Shown: positions 1 through 9,900 of the stretch, one piece after another
Position numbering within the stretch: the first letter of the stretch is position 1
How the letters are laid out: the number at the start of each line of letters is the position of its first letter
DNA from: Candidatus Pacearchaeota archaeon
GTDB lineage: Archaea; Nanobdellota; Nanobdellia; UBA10117; JABICX01
Length of the DNA: 64,000 nt
Reading direction: 5' to 3'
Assembly (NCBI GenBank): GCA_017608025.1
Contig: JAFCGM010000001.1
Coordinates: 3,910 to 67,909 of the forward strand
The notes under the pieces: model-generated
The model's database searches: none
What the model was told of the DNA's origin: nothing
The model's input: the letters and a program-made list of their open reading frames with translations, nothing else
Made by a program: the position numbers and the translations under genes

Positions 1-252
1 CAAGAGAACTTTGACGAAGGAAAAGTTAGGCAGTCAGTTATTTCTGCAGCTAGAGAAGTAAATGCTACGGAGAAAGATATAGTTAAATCCTTAATTAGAG
101 TTGTTTCTGAAATTAAGGATTTAATTAAGAACAAGGAAATTGTTGATTCGCAGGATATACGGCAAAGAGTTCTTTTAACTCTTGATAAAATTCAACCAAA
201 GGTTTCTGCTGCCTGGAGAAAATTTGACAAAAGAAAACCTTCGAGGAGGTAG
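1..252 (+). CDS. C-terminal fragment of a CDS entering from the left edge (possibly an ATP-cone-like regulatory domain)
   Basis: Frame 1 is open from base 1 to TAG at 250-252 (...DKIQPKVSAAWRKFDKRKPSRR*). No start in window. The domain guess is weak pattern recognition. Confidence 0.3.
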   Translation, partial: QENFDEGKVRQSVISAAREVNATEKDIVKSLIRVVSEIKDLIKNKEIVDSQDIRQRVLLTLDKIQPKVSAAWRKFDKRKPSRR

Positions 253-265
253 TGCTGTAATTAAT

Positions 266-880
266 TTAGGCAAGAGGCACAAATGCGTATTCTTCAGAAG
301 TGTATGATTTTTTCAGTTTGCTATTAGATTTCTTTATTTTTATTAATGGACCAAGTTGGAAAGGGCATACAAGGATTCCGCCTTCTTTTAAATTTGTTTT
401 TGCGAAATTTTCAATTGCTTTTTCTTGGGGTTCTAAAATTCCTGCAGTGAAGATTATTCTGTCAAATTTTTCTCTCACTTTTTTAAAGTCCTGTTTCCGC
501 ACTTCCACATTTTCTATTCGTGCTTTTTTGAGATTATTTTTTGCCTTTTGCGCAAGTTCTGGGACAATTTCAAGAGTTATAACTTTTGCAGGTTTTACTA
601 AGTAAGTGAGGAGTGCGGCGTTCCAGCCAGAGCCAGTTCCGATTTCAAGGACTGAGTTGCTTTTTTGAGGTTCAAGGAGCTGAAGCATTCGAGCAACTGT
701 TGATGGCTGGCTTATTGTTTGGTCAAAGCCAATTGAAAGTGCTGTGTCGAGATATGCTTCCTGTATATTTTCAACAAAGTGCTTTCTTTCAATTTTTTTA
801 ATTGCTTTCAAAATTTTTGATTTGTTTTTGGTTTCTGGGAGATTGTAGCTGACTGAATTGAGAAGATTTTGCTTACCCAT
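266..880 (-). CDS. pcm: protein-L-isoaspartate O-methyltransferase
   Basis: ISQPSTVARMLQLL and SAM-binding VLEIGTGSGWNAALL motifs typical of PIMT. ATG at 880 preferred over the TTG at 898 used by the ORF track. Confidence 0.85.
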   Translation of the reverse strand: MGKQNLLNSVSYNLPETKNKSKILKAIKKIERKHFVENIQEAYLDTALSIGFDQTISQPSTVARMLQLLEPQKSNSVLEIGTGSGWNAALLTYLVKPAKVITLEIVPELAQKAKNNLKKARIENVEVRKQDFKKVREKFDRIIFTAGILEPQEKAIENFAKTNLKEGGILVCPFQLGPLIKIKKSNSKLKKSYTSEEYAFVPLA

Positions 881-914
881 ATAATATATTGAATGCAAAG
901 AAATTTAAGTCTCA

Positions 915-1913
915 CTAATTCATGATTTTCGGGAATTTTTTAATTAGATAAGTTATTGCAAGTGGAAAACTAATTGTTGTTAAGAGTGCAGTAATTACAA
1001 GTGCTGAGTATATTTCAACAGAGATTATGTTTATTTTGAATGCTATTAATGCAAGAGCAATTTCAATTGAGCCTCTGCTGTTCATTGCCCAACCAATTAG
1101 GTATAATTTTCTAAAATTAAGTTTTGTAAATGGTTTGGATATAAATGCTCCGATAAATTTACCGCTTATCGCAGTTGCGATCATTACTGTTAACAATAAT
1201 ATGTTTACTAAAAGCGAAGTTATACTGAAGTTTAAACCAATGGATACAAAGAAAAACGGCACTAAAAGCAATAGAAGTGCTTTTTCAAATGCAACGCGGA
1301 TTTTATTTTCTTTTTTAATAAAATGATTGCTTACAATTCCTATGAAGAAAAAGAATATAACTCCAAAGATAAGAAGCAATTCAGTAATGTGCATTTCATG
1401 GAGAAATGAAGTTATAATTATAAAAGAAAACAAACCCAACACATCATCTACAATTCCTGCACCCATTAATATTGATCCAATTTTTGTTTTTAGCTTGTTT
1501 AGGTTTAAAAGAACTTTGGCTCTTGTTGCTTCTGCAGAAATACTTAGGCATACTCCAATAATCAATGCGACGCTGAAAGGCAGCCCTAATAATAAGAACA
1601 CCCCAGTTGCAAGTATTAAAGGAACAATAAAAGATAAAAATGCAATTATTACTGAATCTTTCTTCTCTTTGTATAATATTTTCCATGAACTTTCAAGTCC
1701 TGCAAGAAACATTAAAGAAAATAGCCCCATTGTTCCCAGAAAGGAAACAAGCCCCTCATTTGGAACAATTAAAAAATTTCTCACTTCTGGAAAACTTATA
1801 ATAAGACCAAAAAGAATAAGGCTGACAACTTCAGGCCATTTTATCTTTTTTGATAATTGGGAAAGCAAATATGAAATTAAAATGATTAAAATTATTGTTA
1901 GTATATATTGCAT
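915..1913 (-). CDS. cation:proton antiporter family membrane protein (Kef/NhaP-like)
   Basis: 332 aa and highly hydrophobic, with about 10 predicted TM helices. The N-terminal LSQLSKKIKWPEVVSLILFGLII pattern resembles Na+/H+ exchanger family proteins. Confidence 0.6.
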   Translation of the reverse strand: MQYILTIILIILISYLLSQLSKKIKWPEVVSLILFGLIISFPEVRNFLIVPNEGLVSFLGTMGLFSLMFLAGLESSWKILYKEKKDSVIIAFLSFIVPLILATGVFLLLGLPFSVALIIGVCLSISAEATRAKVLLNLNKLKTKIGSILMGAGIVDDVLGLFSFIIITSFLHEMHITELLLIFGVIFFFFIGIVSNHFIKKENKIRVAFEKALLLLLVPFFFVSIGLNFSITSLLVNILLLTVMIATAISGKFIGAFISKPFTKLNFRKLYLIGWAMNSRGSIEIALALIAFKINIISVEIYSALVITALLTTISFPLAITYLIKKFPKIMN

Positions 1914-2124
1914 AAGATATGTTTATTTTTTTTGTATTTAAATTTTTTTAAGCTTAATAAATTTTAAGTTCAAAACAAAGTTTATTTTATTTATTGTGTT
2001 ATTACCTTTTATATTTTATGTTACAAAGTATTATATACTATTCTTTGTATTATTTAGTATAATCTGTTTAAAGATTCTAATTTTTATTTAATAATTCTTT
2101 ATTCAGATTATGTGGTGATTAAAA

Positions 2125-2268
2125 ATGACAGATGAAGAAGAAAATCAAACTACAAATGAAGAAGAATTAGAAGAAACATCTGAAGATAACTCTGAAGATG
2201 AAGAAACATCTGAAGATAACTCTGAAGATGAAGAAACATCTGATAATGACTCTGAAGATGAAGAATAA
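2125..2268 (+). CDS. 47-aa hyper-acidic repeat peptide (hypothetical)
   Basis: ATG at 2125 preceded by GGTGAT (2113-2118). Translates to MTDEEENQTTNEEELEETSEDNSEDEETSEDNSEDEETSDNDSEDEE*. Too short for the ORF track. Confidence 0.35.
   Translation: MTDEEENQTTNEEELEETSEDNSEDEETSEDNSEDEETSDNDSEDEE
2170..2259 (+). repeat. 30-nt tandem repeat x3 inside the acidic mini-ORF
   Basis: gaagaaacatctgaagataactctgaagat occurs at 2170 and 2200. A variant copy sits at 2230. Confidence 0.9.
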
Positions 2269-2445
2269 TTAGATAGTTAGTTTATTTTTTTATTTTATTT
2301 TTATTTTTTCTAAAAAGAATAATACTACTTATAGTTTCAACAATAAAACAGATTGGTTCAATAAGTAGAGCTATAATAAAAAGCCACTATTAAGAACATC
2401 AAATAATACTTTAATGTTTTCAAATACAATTCCCATTACATAAAA

Positions 2446-2697
2446 TTATGGAGAATTGTAAATAATAATGGTGCAATTGCCGAAGCTCCAGTTAATATTA
2501 GGAAACTTTTTAGTTTCCTTTTTTTTCTTTCTTGCAAGAACAATAAGTACTCTACTAAGAATTAAGAATAAAAGTCCCAAAATCCCTATTACATGAAAGA
2601 GATTCTTTGATTCTGATTGAATTGCAAAGAAAGTTACTAAAAATGCGAATATAATGAGTATTGAATAAAATGTGATTTTGAGATAATTTCGTTTCAT
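2446..2697 (-). CDS. small membrane protein (hypothetical)
   Basis: Two hydrophobic helices followed by a KKKKETKK stretch. ATG at 2697 preferred over the GTG at 2730. Confidence 0.4.
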   Translation of the reverse strand: MKRNYLKITFYSILIIFAFLVTFFAIQSESKNLFHVIGILGLLFLILSRVLIVLARKKKKETKKFPNINWSFGNCTIIIYNSP

Positions 2698-2768
2698 ATA
2701 AATTACCTGCACATTGTATTTAACTCTCACTTTTTCATTAACTTTTTATTCTGATGACTCTCACTTTT

Positions 2769-3422
2769 ATGTATGAAATTATATTTTAATGGGGGAGAAG
2801 CTCTTAAAGAAAGAAGTTCTGAGAAAATTAATAGAAAGATATTTGCTGAAGCTGGGAAAAATCCAGTTGTTCTTATTTTTCCATGGACTAAATATCAGAC
2901 AACTTCTAAGAGAAATACTAAGAGAGAAGTTTTAAAGAGATAGTTCTTAGATTTAGGAGCTAAAAAAGTTATTTTTGCGGAATTAAGTGATTCTAAGAAG
3001 AAAATTCAAAAGAAGATTTTTAATTCAGATATTATTTATCTTCCTGGTGGAGAACCAATTATATTAGTTAAGAGATTTTTGAGAAAGAATATAATTTTTT
3101 TAGATATAAAGGAATTATTATAGCTAATAGTGCAGGTACTTTGTCTATTTGTGATAAGTATTTTGTAGTTAAAGATCAAGGATTTAGAACTAAAACACAG
3201 TTTGAAAAGGGAATTGGATTAGTTGATTTTAGTGTTAGTGTTCATTATGCAAGTCCAATAGCATATTTTTCAGGTAAGAATTTTGAGGAAGAACATAGAA
3301 AAGCATCACTGAAGAGAGATATTTATGCTATTAAGGAAAATTCTTGTTTAGTTTATGATGAGAAAATTAGTTCTATTGGCGAAGTATATCGTTTTTCAAA
3401 AGGTAAAAAGACAAGAATTTAA
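2769..3422 (+). pseudogene. degraded peptidase S51 / dipeptidase E-like gene
   Basis: MYEIIF, then a frameshift into NGGEAL...PVVLIFPW. In-frame TAG at 2941-2943. DIIYLPGGEP, then a second frameshift near the T-run at about 3095-3110 into GIIIANSAGT...; the tail is ORF 3141-3422. Confidence 0.55.
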
Positions 3423-3835
3423 GTAGATTTTTAACAAAGTTACAAAAACAGCATACTTAGCGTATATTAATCAAGCATGTTTTAGTTAATTCTTAAAAAC
3501 ATATTAGAAAAACAGCATACATAAACGCTATTAAACTTTTTAATAACTCGATAAAAAGTTATAATAATTTATTAAATATTTTAATAATGAAATGAAAAAA
3601 TTAAAAACGTATTACATAGAGGCTCTTTTTAATTAACTTCTATATTGCAAATAATTCAAACTTAGTTTTTCAAGGTGTTAATTAAAGTTGAATGCAGTTA
3701 GATTTTTACAATATTGCAAAGAACTTATATACTTTTTAATATTTAAAGGTTGGATTTTACTGAGTCAAGGTATGTCCTACCTACGACTAACATTGAATAC
3801 AGTTTTATTCTAGTTAGAAAGAGATAGGAGAAAAT

Positions 3836-4185
3836 TTAAGATCCTATCTCAATTTCACCCAGAGCCATAATGGTCCTGAAGAACATTTCTTCATCCTCCT
3901 CACTGGTGCAGACCGCTAGTGGAGCTTGTTTAACCACGCAGACACTTCTCATTTTTTTCATTGTAATAATTATTAGAAACTGCTTGTTTATATTCGCGGC
4001 GGGAGGTTGTCTGATGTCCAGTAATTCCATGCGAGATGCAGGGTGAGAGGGTGCTCAGAACCACTAGATGGTGTAGTAGAATCTTCATCCATCATTGGCT
4101 CATGTCCGATTTTTTTGAGTTGATTATAAATCTCAACAAGTTTTTTTGCGAATTTTACACTTCCACAAATTGTGATTTTAATAGT
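3836..4185 (-). pseudogene. frameshifted, start-less gene remnant (possibly nucleoside 2-deoxyribosyltransferase-like) in a locally GC-richer island
   Basis: The minus strand reads TIKITICGSVKFAKKLVEIYNQLKKIGHEP... with no ATG, hits a stop, and continues in another frame as ORF 3836-4030. The family guess is weak. Confidence 0.25.
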
Positions 4186-4339
4186 AATTCGAGATTTGAA
4201 CTAAATTATATAAATTTATTAATCAATGGTGGATGTAGAGCAATTACATATAACATACATTAAACGAACTTTTGGTTTTTTTAATTATGCTTAAAACTTG
4301 TTTTGAAACATGTTTTTTTGCTAAGAAGGTAGGTTTAGA

Positions 4340-4618
4340 GTGAATAAAACCTTAAATTACAGCTGTTTTTCAGAATTGAATATGGTTGAAGAGTATAAAC
4401 ATTATATTCTTTTTGTTGGAGCTAGAAATGAATATAATATTAAAAAAGCAGTAGAAATTGCAGATAAGTTTTATGAAATTCCAGGAGTTCATGCTTCTAT
4501 TAAAATTATTCCTAATAATGAATCAACTTTTGATTTAGTTGATTTTATTACTAAGGAGCCTATAAAAATTGGTTTTTTTGAGGTTATTCGTTTTTCAGAT
4601 CATTATCCAAAATCTTAA
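4340..4618 (+). CDS. hypothetical protein
   Basis: 92-aa ORF with a GTG start (alternative ATG 14 codons in). No recognisable motif. Confidence 0.35.
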   Translation: MNKTLNYSCFSELNMVEEYKHYILFVGARNEYNIKKAVEIADKFYEIPGVHASIKIIPNNESTFDLVDFITKEPIKIGFFEVIRFSDHYPKS

Positions 4619-4977
4619 TTTTTTGTATGTATTTATTTCAATATTGCAAATATCTTACTTAGCGGTTTGTAGGCTTTGTGAATATATGAATTTTTTTGAG
4701 TATTTATTTTCAATAGTGCAGAGAATTAGAGCAGTTTTATATTCTCTTCAATATTGCAAAGATTTAAAGGGTTTCAAATATGAAAAACCTAGTTACTGAA
4801 ATGATTAAAAATTGAGTTAAAATTTTATTAAAAACAATGATTTTTGATTAAAACATTTAATTATAGTTTATTAAATTATTAAAATAAGCACTAAGTAATG
4901 CGTTTTTTAATTAAAATATTTATCTGCGCCTTTCAAAAAACAAATCTTTAATAAATAAAGAATTAATAAAAAGTATA

Positions 4978-5829
4978 ATGAGCGTCTTCGGTTGGATTTA
5001 TGATGTTATTGATGATTCAGGGTATTTTCTTAAAAGCGAGTATTCATTAAAAACAAAAATCAGAATTTTTCTAAATTGGTTAAAAATAAATTCAAAAAAT
5101 CTTCTACTTAATCGATTCTTTAATTTCAGAACAGAGTTCATTTTTGGATTTAAAATTGCGGGCTTAAAGTATCGTCTTATTCGTAATTTATATGAAGGAA
5201 TCTTTTTCAGAAATGAATATTTCTTCAAAACAAAGAAAAAGAATCCATTAATCCTTGATTGTGGAGCAAATATAGGTTTATCAACAATCTTCTTTAAATG
5301 GTTATACTCTAAAAGCAAAGTCTATGCATTTGAACCTGATAAAGCCTCATTTGAACTTCTAAAACGAAATCTGCAAATAAATAATTTGAAAGATGCCTAT
5401 GCATTTAATTATGCTCTTTCAAACAAAAACGGAAAAATAAGTTTTTATATTGACCAAAAAAACCAAGGATCTTTAATTATGAGTACTCGACCGGAACGAA
5501 CACCTAATCGAAAAAAGGTAACTGTCGACGCAATCAAACTTTCTGCGTTCATAAAAAAATACAAAATAAAACACATTGATTTCCTAAAAATGGATATTGA
5601 AGGGTCTGAGGTTGAAGTCTTCGCAGACTTAGAAAAAGAAAAACTGCTAAAACAAATTGAAACAATGGCAATTGAATATCATCATAAAATCGGATCTGAA
5701 AAATCAAGACTTGCAAATTTTTTAAAACGAATTGAAGATGCAGGATTTGAATATAAAATAAACGCTGTAAGTCTCCCTATTTATGCTGACAAATTCCAGG
5801 ACATATTCATATATGCATATAGAAAATAA
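4978..5829 (+). CDS. FkbM-family SAM-dependent methyltransferase
   Basis: LDCGANIGLSTIFF (SAM-binding glycine motif) and FLKMDIEGSEVEV are both characteristic of the FkbM family. Confidence 0.75.
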   Translation: MSVFGWIYDVIDDSGYFLKSEYSLKTKIRIFLNWLKINSKNLLLNRFFNFRTEFIFGFKIAGLKYRLIRNLYEGIFFRNEYFFKTKKKNPLILDCGANIGLSTIFFKWLYSKSKVYAFEPDKASFELLKRNLQINNLKDAYAFNYALSNKNGKISFYIDQKNQGSLIMSTRPERTPNRKKVTVDAIKLSAFIKKYKIKHIDFLKMDIEGSEVEVFADLEKEKLLKQIETMAIEYHHKIGSEKSRLANFLKRIEDAGFEYKINAVSLPIYADKFQDIFIYAYRK

Positions 5830-5831
5830 TC

Positions 5832-6884
5832 TTACTTCAAATACTTAACAATTGAATTTCTAATATTTTCAGATATTGGTGTTTTCTTAACCTTGCCTTC
5901 CACAAGGTTGTTAATAAACTTCAGATTATATACAAAGATCTGTCCACCAGACTCTTCTCCTACCTTTTTTTCACTATAATTATTTTCAGCATGTCGAGGA
6001 TCTAGCTCTTTCTTCTGAACAAACCATTCTCTAAACACAATTCCGTTCTTTGGAAGTTCAATATGGAACTGGCTGTACAAAGCAGCATAGTAAAGTCCAA
6101 GATATTTAACAAACTCTAAATTACGCAATCTTTTTCTTAAAACATAAAATCTCTGTTTTTCAGAAAGCTTTCTAATAAACATAAACTTCTTAAGAAACAG
6201 ATAAGTTTTCCGCCAATTCTTATAAAAATAAGACTTTCCAGGCCTATCATCATTAAATTTTGAAAGATATGCATCAATTTCTTTAGGATATTTTTTTCTA
6301 AATGGCTCAATCAAACGCATTAAATGACAAATACCCGGACCTATTGCATATTTAGTATAATAAATTTTATTATAATTCAATAGCTTTTTAGCATCAGCAC
6401 CAGATACAAGAAAACACTCATCAGACATAAAAAATGGACGAGTAAGCTCAAAATAAGGAACCCATACTTTTTCCTTGAAAACATTTCCACCTCGAAGATT
6501 TCTTTTAATTTTCAAAATTTTTTCTTTTTCACTTAAAAGTTTCTTAAGAAAATTCTTATTAAAGTAAAGATCTGTGCGTGTCTTTAGAATATATGTATTT
6601 TTTCCTGCTTTTTTTAAACCATTTTCATAAGCTTTCATTTGATGCCAGATGTGACCTGGAACTTCTTTTTTTGGCTGAATTGATTTTATTACTGTAATCT
6701 TATTCTTCTTCAAAAAATCATCCAAACCTCTAACTTTCTCAACTTGATTTTTCCATGTAGAAAAAATAATCTTGTTCACAAGACCTTTTTTTTGAAGATC
6801 AATTAAATCTTTTATTGATTTTTTGAACATATCTGGCTTTCTAGGCAGTCCACAAAAGATCACATCAGTCTTTTTTACTACCAT
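5832..6884 (-). CDS. hypothetical polysaccharide-synthesis protein (WavE-like)
   Basis: IIFSTW and ILKTRTDLYF patterns resemble the WavE LPS-synthesis family. Sits in a glycan-cluster context. Confidence 0.4.
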   Translation of the reverse strand: MVVKKTDVIFCGLPRKPDMFKKSIKDLIDLQKKGLVNKIIFSTWKNQVEKVRGLDDFLKKNKITVIKSIQPKKEVPGHIWHQMKAYENGLKKAGKNTYILKTRTDLYFNKNFLKKLLSEKEKILKIKRNLRGGNVFKEKVWVPYFELTRPFFMSDECFLVSGADAKKLLNYNKIYYTKYAIGPGICHLMRLIEPFRKKYPKEIDAYLSKFNDDRPGKSYFYKNWRKTYLFLKKFMFIRKLSEKQRFYVLRKRLRNLEFVKYLGLYYAALYSQFHIELPKNGIVFREWFVQKKELDPRHAENNYSEKKVGEESGGQIFVYNLKFINNLVEGKVKKTPISENIRNSIVKYLK

Positions 6885-6961
6885 TTCATAAACTAAACTA
6901 AATAAAGCTTTAAATAAGTTGTTGTAAAAAAAGAGATATCAAGTCAATAAAGGGTGAATTA

Positions 6962-9900
6962 ATGACGCTAGTTAAATCAATATGCGATGATATTCTTAAA
7001 AAACAAAATAAAAAATTAGTTACATTAGTGGGAATTGATGGACCAACTGCTTCTGGAAAAACAACTCTTGCTAACAATCTCAAAAAAGAATTAGAATCTC
7101 AGGGAGAAAACTGTTGGATTTATAGGCTTGACTGGACACTAAAAGAACGAAAAGAACGTGAAAAGGACCTTGAGAATCTAAACAAAAGCAAATACAGTTT
7201 TCCTTATGAAGCAGAATTGCATATGAATTTAAGAAAAGTTCAATCTTTTTTAGAAAGTGTAGCTCTGTTTAACCAAAGTTCTTCTTCTAAAAAGAAATTG
7301 CTTTTATTATCACTTTATTCTCGAGAAAATAACGGAACTCTTTCTGGAAAAGAAGAAGTTCATCTTGAACCAGGCATGATAATTATTCTTGAAGGTCACT
7401 ACACTTTACGAAACGAACTAGCCCGTTATATTGATTATAATATTCTTCTTATTGGAGAAATGGAAGAATTTCTCAGACGAAAAGTAAATAGAGTAAAAGG
7501 ATATCGCTCAACAGATATAGCAAAAAATTATTTCTGGAAAATAGATATTCCTTCTTTTAAAAATCATCTTAATCGTTTTGGAATAAATGCAAATTTGATT
7601 ATTGATAATACTAATTACAATCAACCAACAATCAAGAAAAAAGAATACATTGAATATTGGCTAAAACTTGAAAACAAGAATATCATACCTCAAATAAAAG
7701 TAAGTAAAATAAATCTTTCTTCATTTATTTTTTCAGATTCTACTTTAATTCCAAGCAAAATAAAGAAATATACTGAAAATGTAATATCAATGCTAAAAGA
7801 ATGGGACTTAAGTGTAGATAAATATTTGAGAACAAATATATCTAGTTTAAATTTAGATCTTACAGAAATAGCAAATACTCTTGTAGACAAGTTGAACAAA
7901 GAAAGTAACAAAGAATATTCGTTTAAGATTATGCACACAGATACACTTTACAATGTTTATAATAGAATTCTACCAATTTCGTTAGCTATTGGATTGTTTT
8001 ACAAAAACGCTCAAATCCCTGAAGTTTCAATAATAGCCGAAGTTTTTCATTCAGAACTAAGTCTTCAGATTATATGGGTGGGAAATTACAAAAGAATTAG
8101 TTTTATTCGAGAACTTGGGAAAATAACAAAAAACAGAAACTATGAAATAAAAGACACAACAGGAGAATTAATCCACACTAATGAGACTATTGATGTAATG
8201 ACTCCTACAAATTTCACTATCCCCTCTTTTCTTAGAGATTTTAATTATAAATTAATTTATATTAAAAAAGAAGATGAAGTAATTTCTGCATCTCAGGCAT
8301 TATCGCGTCTTATTCACGACGGCGGTGTTTGGATACATCGGTTTGCATTATTTTCAGAACTTAGATTTTATCAGGATATTTTAAGAAAAACTGGCGTCCA
8401 CAGCGTACAGGCAGGAAATTATCTTATTTCTGTTAAACACAAAAATTCAGATCTTCAAAATAAATTCAAATTATTTATCCGAGAATGGGAAAAGCCATTA
8501 TCAAAAAGATTATTGTTTAAAGAATCTGAAGCAGCAATAGATAAAATAATAATTGAAGAGAGAAATAAAATTAAACAATTTGTAAAACCACTAAAACATT
8601 TTCATCTAATGGATGGATATATATTTAGTAGATTTATGTATGAAGATGAAGAAGGAATTCAAGAAGCTATAATTGAATTAAGAAAAATGATGACTTCAGA
8701 AGAGCGACTTTTAAGAAAAAGAAGTTTTGATTTCTTACTGAAATTCTTCCCAAATATTCATCTCAGAACTTCAGCTTTGTGGTCTGATCTTCCAAGAAAT
8801 TCAATAAACGAAATTTCTCTTGGAAATTATCTTAAATTAAATCCATCCATAATGGCAGAAGTATATTTGTGGATGGCATTACGAGATGAGCGATCAGCAA
8901 TCCTTGCAACAAATATATATGACATTCGAAGAGAATCTTTTGATGCAATTTCATATTTAGAATCAGCAGCAGAAAACCAAACACCACTTGTTTTGCAGTC
9001 ATCTTTGAATGCAATTGGTCAGGAAGAGATTGATGAAGAAGGACACCGGCAGATAGGTTATTTAAAACTTTCAAATGGACCAATACAATTTATATCTTCA
9101 GTAATGCGTTCAGCAAGAAATCTTTACTTAACAAAAGGCATTCTACCCCCGCTATTTGGTATTGGGCTTGATCATGTCGCAGTGGATTATGATATCCCAA
9201 AAGGAAGAGCTCAGAGATTTTTTAAAAGAGCATACAAAACTGGAAAATTAACACACTATGTTCAGGACGGTTCATCTCTATTTAATGCAAAAACCAGAGA
9301 CAAAGCATCATTAATAGCTGCATACAAAAAAATGATTGACTTCTCAACAAGCTTGCTTGACAACCTGGAAAAAACATATCTTATTGATAGAGAAGTTTGT
9401 GCAGGCGAACTTAATTATGTTGAAGACAGTAAACAGAGTATAATTCCAACAGCAGAAGAAATGAAATTATTTATGGAGATTTATCAGCAGTCTCTTAAAA
9501 AAAGAGGATACTCTGCTCTAATAAGCAGACCTACTTTATTTATTGGAAATCTCGGAACAACACATCACGGTTATGATCAGATGAAGCCAAAAGTTGAATA
9601 TGCAAAAATCTGGCGAAACTATCTTAAAAATGAGAATTTTATATCTCCTGTTCTTCATGGAACAAGCAATAGTCATAGAGATGTCTTAGCAAATGCTTCA
9701 GAAGGATGTCATAAAATAAATGTCGCAGGAGATTTATTAGATGTTTTTATAGCAAATCTTCCTGAAAAAATAAGTCGGATTATTTCAGATTCAAATGTAG
9801 AGCCAAAGAAAATGATTGCAAGCGTCCGTTTTTTAATTGATGAACTAAATGAAAAAGAGCAAGATAGGCTTAAAGATGCTTTGAAAAGAATATCAAATGA

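Noticed and set aside
3641-4760. Repeated CAATATTGCAAA motifs considered as a degenerate CRISPR array or origin-recognition boxes
   Set aside because: Spacing is irregular and the copies are only 11-12 nt. They show no similarity to known ORB/mini-ORB sequences, and there is no orc1/cdc6 nearby. Kept only as a motif observation.
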